DNA of 64,000 nt. Source: Paramoeba atlantica. Taxonomy: Eukaryota > Protista > Discosea. Positions 35,570 to 44,463 of the stretch are shown here, piece by piece. The stretch's first letter is position 1. The number at the start of each line of letters is the position of its first letter. The notes beneath the pieces were generated by a model that searched no databases, was not told the DNA's origin, and saw nothing but the letters and a program-made list of their open reading frames with translations. The DNA is taken from NCBI GenBank assembly GCA_977017575.1, contig CDRNVI010000046.1, positions 150,630 through 214,629 of the forward strand, given 5' to 3'. The position numbers and the translations under genes are program-made.

Positions 35570-37175
35570 TCAAGGATCAGCTCTCTCTTCCATGTACTTT
35601 TGTGCACTCTTGCAAGGCCCTCTAATGGAAGTAGCCAATCTTTACCCCGAGGTCAATATAAGAGCTTATCAAGACGACGTGACGCTCAGCTCTAAGAATC
35701 TTCATTCGCTTGAGGCAGCTTTTCTTCATTTACGAGAGTTAACTGCGGATCTCAGCTTAGATATCAATTTCCGGAAATGTGAGTGGTTCCAGAAGGCCCC
35801 TCCCTGTGCTACCCAACCACTTCCATTAGAATCTTTGGGGGTAAACTTTCGGACGGATGCCATTAAGATTCTTGGTGCTTACATTGGCGCCGACCAGGTG
35901 GTAGAAAGTTTGCTTCTTCAAAAACTCGAGAAACACAAATGTCTGTTCCGCAGACTCCTAAAGATGGGTCCGAGCAACCTCTCACTGGCCATTTTGCGAC
36001 GCTGTACAATTCCGCGACACGATTATCATCTCCGCGTACACAGACCGAATGCCACTCTTCATTTAGCGCAGGTTTTCGACACAGAGGTGGGTAAGGTCTT
36101 GGAAAAGTGGTGCGGAGCTGACTCCAATGCTTTGCAACTCGCAGCACTTCCAAAAACATTTGGTGGTTTAGGTATCACATCCACGATTCTGAAACACAAG
36201 TACTTCTTTGAAGCTGCCCAAACATCTATCGAAGAGCACCCAAAACCCATTAACGCTCCGGTAGGTTATAAAGGTAGCGACAAAGGTCAGAAGAAAATGC
36301 AGGATCGAAAAGAGGTGGCACGAAAACTTCTGAAGAAGAACTTAAACACGGAGTATGAAAAGCAAGTCGCAGAACTTAAGAAACATTCGCATTTAGAGCT
36401 CATTCTGAACCGAAGCAAAGAAGCGAACTTACATTTAGAGAGTACGAATAACTATGTGAATCCTTACCTTTTCCGCTACACCCTAATGATGCGACTTGGA
36501 ATAAGTCTACCGAAAGCGCCAATAAACGTCGTATGCCCGGGATGCTGTGGTCCAGAAACATCTTCTAGTATTATTCCACATATCGCAGGATGCTCGAGAT
36601 GCTCAGGTATGAACTGCACTCGTAAACACTCTCACATCGTGCGCTATCTAGCTGACTTGTGCGCGAAGGCAGGACTTCCGTGTGTTATCGAACCGCGAAT
36701 TCACTCCTCATTTTATTGTACAAAGTGTAAATGCTCTATTTCTGCGGAGGTTTCTGACCAACATCCATGTAAGGCGCGCAGGATTCGATCTGGCCCCGAC
36801 CTCGCTATCATGTGGCCCCATATGGGAGAAGTCCTCTATGATTTCACAGTGGTTCACACTTGCTGCAACAGTTACAAGAAACAAACAAGCAACTACCTAC
36901 TGCAGCAAGCCCAGGAAAGGAAGTTCAAGAAATATGTGACAGAGAAAGGTGTGGACAGTGAGGCATTTCGTTGCATCGCCGCCTCAGATTGTGGTGTGTT
37001 GCACAACGACACAAAACAACTATTAAAGGCGTTGGCTCAGCGCGCGAATCGAAAATATGAAAACGTGCGTGAGGCTTTTCAGCTGGAACTTGAAAAGCTA
37101 TCGGCTTACACGGTAGTGTCTCAACTCCGAGATTACATCACCGATGAAAAGTGGATTGGGAGTTTACGACTCTAA
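35570..37175 (+). pseudogene. CRE-like RT C-half plus endonuclease, 5' truncated
   Basis: GIRQGSALS, AYQDD, TFGGLG, CPGC, PDL, KFKKY. Confidence 0.88.
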
Positions 37176-37326
37176 AAGAGTTCACTACCACACGTATATC
37201 TCCGTACAAATAAGTATTGATTAGTTGCCTTCGAATATATTAGGTCCTTTCGAATATATTAGATACTGCTACTTCTGCATTGATTCTTCATCACGTTTGA
37301 CAACAATTGGCGCGTATACAATAATT

Positions 37327-37690
37327 GGCCAGGGGGGGCATTCGATGAAAATTCATCGAACGCACGGTGCGTTCGATGAATATTCATTGAACGGCGTCCC
37401 GTTCGATGACCAGGCGTCCCGTTCGATGAATATTCATCTAACGGGCAGTGCGTTCGATGAATCATTCATCCAACGGGCACTGCTGCACGAATTTTTCGTC
37501 TCGATTTTTTTTGGGGGGAATTTGAACATTACCATCTCGTTTACATGTCTGGAGGCAAGGCCCAACTGTCAGCGAAGCCCAAGTGTGCAAGCAAGGCCCC
37601 CGTCTGCGAGCAAGGCCCAACTGTGAGCGTAGCCCGCTTCTGGAGGCAAAAGCCCTCCTTTTCGAGAAAGGCCCAACTGTGAGCGTAGCC
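37327..37690 (+). repeat. Palindrome-array element, copy 1
   Basis: G7 run, alternating GTTCGATGAAT/ATTCATCGAAC units, then direct GCAAGGCCCAACTGT units; near-identical RC copy at 53826-54178. Confidence 0.85.
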
Positions 37691-37891
37691 CTGGGACATA
37701 ATTATATTTTTTGGCGACCCGCGCGCTCCATGCGGAGGTGGTGGATATTAGCACGGCGGGCGGATGAGTTGGCATCACGGCCTTCTTTTTCCATCGGGCA
37801 CGAGGGAGCGGCAAAATCTCAGGAGCTACTCCTGATTCTTTTGCTTTGGAGCGTGTGAACACTCCCATGAAAGGTAAAAAAAGTAAATAAT

Positions 37892-37930
37892 CAACAAGGT
37901 ACAGAAACTGTATCTTTATCGTCAAAGATT
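37892..37930 (-). other. Full-length 39-nt spliced-leader-like sequence fused to a downstream sequence (retroposed trans-spliced RNA)
   Basis: AATCTTTGACGATAAAGATACAGTTTCTGTACCTTGTTG; 39 nt, contains the euglenozoan ACAGTTTCTGTAC core, ends in TTG; no GT intron follows. Confidence 0.78.
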
Positions 37931-37957
37931 ATTGTACGTGTGCTTCTCTCTAGATTC

Positions 37958-38147
37958 GTGGGAAGCAATTTGCGAAGCCCAACTACCTTGATAACAAATT
38001 TTAGTACCCATTTTGGCCGCGCGGGGGCCCCCGCGTGAGCGGGGGTGCGCGCGGCCGCGAAACGGCGAGGGCCCGCGTGAGCGGGCCTGAGCCGTACCCC
38101 GCGTAGGATTCCCCTGTGCGTCGTTAGTGGGAAGCAATTTGCGAAGC
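37958..38147. other. 148-bp GC-rich multi-hairpin insert between 21-bp direct repeats
   Basis: GTGGGAAGCAATTTGCGAAGC at 37958-37978 and 38127-38147; stems capped by GTGA loops. Confidence 0.7.
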
Positions 38148-38503
38148 TCACTGAATTTCGTAGTTTTCGCTACGCAGGCGTTGTCAACGTATATAGTGTC
38201 TCTTCAGTTTGCCGGAGCGTAAATGGGTTATCCGTGCTCATCAACAAACCTCCGAGACAAGAAGTCTCACTTTCCTCTGCTTCAGAGTACACAATCTCAT
38301 CACTTACCCATTGAAAGCATTCCGCAATTATTTTTTTTTTTTTTTTTTTTGGGATAGTTTCTCTTCGAAAATTGAGAGAAGGGGGGAAGGTGAACATTTC
38401 TCATTTCTCATTATCCTACGTGACTTCCTGCTGTGAGAGCTTATAGGATTTTTTTTTTTGCGGATTTCACTCCATAATACATTAATAGATTATGATTACC
38501 ACA

Positions 38504-39103
38504 CTAAACACTTAATTCTTGCATCTTCCTGTCGGCCAGGTGGCTACGAAGCTTCGCATACACTTCGAGCCCATTTTGTTCTTGCAACAGTAATTTAAAT
38601 TCCATCTCTGCTCTGTGGCGATCAAGGCACGCAGCGTCCGCCAAAGCATGGATGAGGAATCGGGTGTTCTGATGCAAGGATCCGCAAGAAAAAACCGGCA
38701 AGCATTGGAAAGCTACGTCAGGGATCTTTCCTGATTCTACGTATGTTTGATGCTTCCTTTTTATTGCGTCTTTTGCCAGGTTCGCGCACGTCTTACTAAT
38801 GTTCGACGGCGCAAGCTCGTGAATCACTGTAAGGTCGTAAAACAGTTCGCCTGTTGACCAATAAATCACGAGGTCAGGGCCTGACCTGAATAACTGCCGC
38901 CCTGAGCATGTCTTCTCATGAATTCCCCTGTTTTCCGGATTCACAACCGCTTTACATGTGGCGCACTTCCAGGAACTGAAGGCCCTAGGTTCACGTTCGC
39001 AAGGTATCCCGGACTTTTGACTTAGATCAAAGAGGTATTTGACGAGACGATTGTGCTTCACGGTAGCGTTCCGCAACACTCTCCATCTAGCGTTCCGCAA
39101 CAC
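38504..39103 (-). pseudogene. CRE-like endonuclease fragment
   Basis: KHNRLV, EPR, CATC, PDL, FYDLTVIH, KHQTY. Confidence 0.85.
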
Positions 39104-39217
39104 TCTCCATCTTTCCAGTTTGCCGGAGCGTAGTTTTGCAAGAACAAAATGGGCTCGAAGTGTATGCGCAGCTTCGTAGTCACCTGGCCGACAGGAAGGT
39201 GAAAGAATTAAGTGTTT

Positions 39218-42200
39218 AGTGTGATAATCATAATCTAATAATAATAATAATAATAATATACCACTTAGTTCTTAAAAGTGGTTAGGAATCTTTCTGCCAT
39301 GACTTTGAATGCTACTTTCTTTCTCTTATTCTTTGGACTGACGCAAATGCCTTTTGCAGCATTTATGTCCGCATGCTTCCTTGTCTTTACACCGATGAGC
39401 ACACTCCTTCGATTCATGCCTAACTGCCTCGTTAATATTCTGTGCATTTTCACAAGCAGGTGGAGGGGCAATCTCTTGTATTAGTAGAAAGGATACGATA
39501 CCTTCTGCTGCTTTGTAGGCTACTCTGTCCGCCAAATCGTTTCGTGCATTTTCGCAGTGCGCCCTTACCTTGACGACATGTACATTTGCCGTCTCAAGTA
39601 TACATTGCGCCTTATCACCAATTTTCTTTAATAGATCCGCATTTTCGAGTGTTGTATAACCATCTAGTTGAAAACTGATGCGATGTCGATGCCAAAACTG
39701 CCATACGTGCTCGGAGTCTACATGCACCACGAAGTCTCCTTCTCGTTGATGTCCGATTGTCAAGGCTTGCAGAAAAGCACGTAGTTCTGCTCGTATGGGG
39801 GTTCGATCTTGTTTTGAGAGTTCTTGTTGCTCTATAAATGTACATCTTTCATTCTCAAAGAGCACAACCGATATTCCTGCACAAAGCGCTTCTTTACTTC
39901 CCCTAACAGAACCGTCACAGTATAAATGACGCAGATCTTTCTCTGGCCAGCTTACAGGACCCTCCTCATAGAATTGTAGTGCAGACCATTTTTCTGAAGC
40001 TGATCGCTCAGAACGGAAAATGTTTTCAACTTCTGAACGACATGATTGACTCGAGTGTGACTTGTAGGTCGCTGTAGGTTCTAATCGAGTCCGTAAACGC
40101 TCAACTTTTAATTTCCATTCCTCACGGTTCTTCGCTAAATCAAACATTTCTGCAACATCTATCCCCAAATCTTCTGCTGTAGCCTCGGACAGAGACTTTA
40201 TGCGCGCTTTGTCATTTTCGTTCCAGAGCATGACGTCGGCAAACGAGGAATCGTGTCTCAACAAATGACCGACAAGCTTGGCTCTGTTTACTCGCAGTTG
40301 TGTTGAAAACAGTGATTCTCCGCGATACAATGCAGCTGTAGGCGTTCGTTTCCTTCCATCCCAGAGTGGCATTCCCGTCGCCATACGTCGCATCTTGTTT
40401 ACTTCGATGTCCACCTCCTTCAATTCCTTCTTCGTGGCGACGAGAGATGCAGAACCGTATATTAAAACACTGTTTACCAGCGCGCTGAAAATCCTCAGGC
40501 GAAGCGCAATGCTTAAGCTAGAATTCCAAAGCGGCTTAAGACGATGAAACGCTTTCCAAGATAAAGCAACTCGTTCTTGCAGTGTCAAAGATATTTGCTG
40601 TGAATTCTTCTTGTGTCCAAGATATCGATATTCTACTACTTCTGGTATTGCTCCAAATTTAGTTACAAGCGCACTCTCTTGACAACCTCCTTTAAGTCCT
40701 TTGCCCACTGCCATCCAAGCAGTTTTGGTCACGCCTATGTTTATATGCAAACCAGCCTTTTCCGATTCTGCGCATAGTGCTTCTATCATATCCCTCAGAA
40801 TATTTCGAGATTCTGCAAAAAACGCAATATCGTCGGCGTAATTTAGATCGGTAATGCGAGTTTTCTTCACTCCTCTACTTTTGGTTCCTGTTTTAAAGAG
40901 CGTGAGGCCGAAATCTGGATTCCTTGTAACCCTTTCCAGCACACGATCAATACACATAATGAAAAGGAACGGGGCCAACACGTCACCTTGAAGTACCCCT
41001 GATGTTATCTCAAAATTTTCCGTATTTCCAAACGGGGTTCTAACAAATCCTGTTGGTGACGCGTAAGAAGCCATTATGAGCTTACTTAGTCCAGGCGGGA
41101 CTGAAAAGGCTTTCAGCGCAGCCTCAATAGCTCGGTGCGATACTGACGGGAATGCACTCTTGTAGTCTATATAGCCAATGTACACATTTTGGGGTCCGCG
41201 CAATGCTTTAAGTAGTATCTCGTTAAGTATCGCTTGTGCTCCTACAGCTGATCGTAATGGTCTGAACCCGAATTGAGTATTGCGTAAGCGGGGTTCAATC
41301 TCTGGTTGCAGTCGATTCAGTATCATCCGATTCATAAGCTTGACTACATGATTTATCAAACATATCGCCCTCCAGTTCTTTAGCTCTGAAAGATCGCCCT
41401 TCTTGGGGATAGGGATATGTACAATTTCTTTCCAAATAATAGGCATATGTCCCGTGCGAAAAACTCCATTTATAAGAGCAAGCAGGCAATTGCAGAATTC
41501 ATCGTTTTCAGCCAGAGCACAATACGCTTCAATTGGCATTCCGTCTGATCCAGAAGCCTTTCCTTTTGCCAGTTGGCCCTCAGCTATGGTAAGCTCCTCC
41601 TTGGAAAATAAAAGGTCTGAAATTTGAGCTCCTTCAACCTCCTGAAATTCCACGTCTTCTTCTGTTCTGCTGTATGTGGTCTGAAAATGTTTTTGTACGC
41701 TGCGTAACCTTTCAGCTGTTGAGTTTCCTTCAACGTGCAAATTTCTCCTTTCGTCACCAATGACATCCCTTATCATTCTCCAGGCTCCTCGTGGTTTCTT
41801 CTTAAAGTTTTTCTCCAAACTAACGCATTCCTGGTGTACCATATCCAGTACTTTGCTCTCATGCGAATCCAAAAACTCCTTAAAGGCTCTCTTATTTCGT
41901 GCAATATGATACAATGACTGTAAATTAAGCGGTTCCTCCTCGTTAAGTGGTGTGTCGAAAGAGAGAAAGTCTTTGCCTTTCGGATTCGCCACAAGGCATT
42001 GTTGTGCTGTAGTAATCGTCGATTTGATGGTTTTCCAAAGATCTTCGATTTGCTCTATATTTTCCGCTTTCCTTTCTAAGCCATCAGTAGATTTCAGGAA
42101 TGTTTGTGAAGCAATATCCGTGAACAGTTTCCGAAAATCCGTATTGCGTAAGAGAAACCATGGAACACGGGTTTTAGTTGATCGTTTTACTGTTTTCCAT

Positions 42201-42323
42201 TTTATCTTAATGTTCGCGTCAACAGCGCTATGTCGTGTGTGGACCGGTGCCTTGACGACTCGGTGGCGGCGCACAGCTGACGCAATGTGATAATCATAAT
42301 CGCAGTGTGATAATCATAATCTA
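39218..42323 (-). mobile_element. 5'-truncated Ingi-like element 2 with 20-bp TSD and (TTA)n tail
   Basis: AGTGTGATAATCATAATCTA at 39218-39237 and 42304-42323; (AAT)n on + at about 39238-39258. Confidence 0.9.
39326..42274 (-). CDS. RT plus RNase H plus C-terminal Cys/His motif, 982 aa; APE almost entirely lost
   Basis: KASGSDG, WRAICL, QFGFR, QGDVLAP, YADD, LYCDGS, RAELR, VDS, KVRAH, NDLAD; CAHRCKDKEACGHKCCKRH. Confidence 0.92.
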   Translation of the reverse strand: MRRHRVVKAPVHTRHSAVDANIKIKWKTVKRSTKTRVPWFLLRNTDFRKLFTDIASQTFLKSTDGLERKAENIEQIEDLWKTIKSTITTAQQCLVANPKGKDFLSFDTPLNEEEPLNLQSLYHIARNKRAFKEFLDSHESKVLDMVHQECVSLEKNFKKKPRGAWRMIRDVIGDERRNLHVEGNSTAERLRSVQKHFQTTYSRTEEDVEFQEVEGAQISDLLFSKEELTIAEGQLAKGKASGSDGMPIEAYCALAENDEFCNCLLALINGVFRTGHMPIIWKEIVHIPIPKKGDLSELKNWRAICLINHVVKLMNRMILNRLQPEIEPRLRNTQFGFRPLRSAVGAQAILNEILLKALRGPQNVYIGYIDYKSAFPSVSHRAIEAALKAFSVPPGLSKLIMASYASPTGFVRTPFGNTENFEITSGVLQGDVLAPFLFIMCIDRVLERVTRNPDFGLTLFKTGTKSRGVKKTRITDLNYADDIAFFAESRNILRDMIEALCAESEKAGLHINIGVTKTAWMAVGKGLKGGCQESALVTKFGAIPEVVEYRYLGHKKNSQQISLTLQERVALSWKAFHRLKPLWNSSLSIALRLRIFSALVNSVLIYGSASLVATKKELKEVDIEVNKMRRMATGMPLWDGRKRTPTAALYRGESLFSTQLRVNRAKLVGHLLRHDSSFADVMLWNENDKARIKSLSEATAEDLGIDVAEMFDLAKNREEWKLKVERLRTRLEPTATYKSHSSQSCRSEVENIFRSERSASEKWSALQFYEEGPVSWPEKDLRHLYCDGSVRGSKEALCAGISVVLFENERCTFIEQQELSKQDRTPIRAELRAFLQALTIGHQREGDFVVHVDSEHVWQFWHRHRISFQLDGYTTLENADLLKKIGDKAQCILETANVHVVKVRAHCENARNDLADRVAYKAAEGIVSFLLIQEIAPPPACENAQNINEAVRHESKECAHRCKDKEACGHKCCKRHLRQSKE

Positions 42324-42683
42324 TTAATGTCCTTTATTAAGACCTTCACCTTTATTAAGACCTTTAGGTAATACAATAGAAGTCTACGCATGGAAATTTA
42401 ACCGAGGGGCTAATATCGGGTCAAATGCCCCGGAAGGGGGTTATAATTTTCACAAAAAAAAAAAAAAAAATTCTAGCGTAAGTGGGTTTTCCGTGCTCAT
42501 CAACAAACCTTCAAAATGAAGAGTGTCTCGTCCTGCTTTCAACGAGCACATGATCTTTTTGCATGCGCATGCCACACTCAGTGCCTTTTTCACCTTTCCA
42601 GTGTCGTTTGCTTCGGAGCGCGGGCGAAAGCGAGGGTCCTCCGACGATGTGACATTTGAAAGGATCATAAAAGGAATAAAAAT

Positions 42684-42699
42684 CAACAAGGTACAGAAA
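42684..42699 (-). other. 3' 16 nt of the SL-like sequence heading a short chimeric sequence
   Basis: TTTCTGTACCTTGTTG, then an AT-rich leader and an ATG. Confidence 0.68.
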
Positions 42700-44463
42700 G
42701 TTAGCAATGTTGCAACGATGCACGATTCCACGACAGGATTACTTTTTGCGCGTCCACAAACCAGCAGCTACACTCGTTAGCAATGTTGCAACGATGCACG
42801 ATTCCACGACAGGATTACTTTTTGCGCGTCCACAAACCAGCAGCTACACTGAAAATTGCGGAATGCTTCGATGCTGAAATATCAAGAATTATCTCACACT
42901 GGTTTCTCGCCACAGGTGACTCACTCCGCCTCGCAACTCTACCGCAAAAAATGGGAGGTCTTGGTCTCACTCAGTCCACCTTAAAGCAACGGTACTTTTT
43001 TGAAGCAGCCAGACGATCTATTGATGAGCACAAAATATCCACTAAAGCTCCGGTAGGTCAACAAGCTGTTGAGAAAGTTAGTGGCGTTACTTTGAATCCG
43101 ATGAAAATAAAAACTAAGGCCTCTAAAGCAATTCGCGAAGAGCAAACAAAAGTGCTGTCAGAAATCAAAGCAAACAAGCGATTAAGTGAAGTCATTAGCA
43201 GAACAAAGGACTCGAATTCACACTTGGTCTCCACTAATGATTACATCAATCCCTATCTTTTCCGATATTCCATAATGATGCGATTGGGGATATCACTCCC
43301 GAAAGCCTCAGGGATTTGCCATTGTCCGGGATGCGGGTCACAGCAAGAAGGAAACGGCCTTCTTCATCATGTTGCGGGCTGCGCACAATGTTCAGGTATG
43401 AACACCACGAAGAAACACACACACCTGATCCGTTTGCTTTCAGATTTATGCACCAAGGCTGGGCTCCCTCACGTGGTCGAACCTCGAGTACATGCTTCAT
43501 TCTATTGCACAAAGTGCAAGACAAGTATTTCTGCAGATGCAGCTGAACGACATGCGTGTAGAGCGCGTCGGATACGTTCTGGTCCTGACTTGGGAATAAT
43601 GTGGCCTCACCAGGGAGAGATATTGTATGACGTAACTGTTGTACATACTTGTACGGTGTCAAATGCAAAGTTCACCCCTGAACAACTAATGGAAAACGCA
43701 CTGGCCAGGAAAAATAAAAAGTATGTAGAATTGCACTTCCGGAAGAAAAACATACAGTCAATCAGATATAGTAAGCGTATGTAAACTGTAATGTTTAATC
43801 TGTAGAACTACAGAGCTACCGAAATATAACATCCATCATGGACAACAGAGTAAAAGACATTATCTTCACCAGTACTGTAATATCAACTTCGCGAAGTAAG
43901 TATCAAATCTATTTTATATACCTCATGAACTTTTTCCTGGAGAGAACTCCCTTCCCTCCCTTTCTCGAACTGGTGTCCACGCGGGGAGTGGTTTGGGGGT
44001 TGGTGGGTGGGGCAAAAAGTTTCAAAGGATAAAAACGCGCTCTATTACCAGTTCACTGTATAATGCTTTGTGTCACTATATAAACTAGTTTATGAATAAC
44101 AAACGTACAATGCCCGTCGGCCAACTAACGTAAATATAATTCTCAGAAATCAAAATTTCCATTGTACAATTCTTTTCGTAAACTTTTAGAATTGCACTTC
44201 CGGAAGAAAAACATATAGTCAATCAGATATAGTAAGCGTATGTAAACTGTAATGTTTAATCTGTAGAACTACAGAGCTACCGAAATATAACATCCATCAT
44301 GGACAACAGAGTAAAAGACATTATCTTCACCAGTACTGTAATATCAACTTCGCGAAGTAAGTATCAAATCTATTTTATATACCTCATGAACTTTTTCCTG
44401 GAGAGAACTCCCTTCCCTCCCTTTCTCGAACGGGTGTCCACGCGGGGACCACCCTTTCGCCAG

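Noticed and set aside
37860-37930. SL RNA gene
   Set aside because: No GT donor or intron follows the 39-mer, and there is no tandem SL array; it looks like a spliced product
38040-38100. Hammerhead ribozyme in the GC-rich insert
   Set aside because: GAAA and CUGA occur, but the CUGANGA core is incomplete
42328-42365. CCTTTATTAAGACCTT duplication as a relative of the 18-bp array near Ingi-like 2
   Set aside because: Only partial similarity, opposite orientation, and outside the TSD; more likely a local tandem duplication
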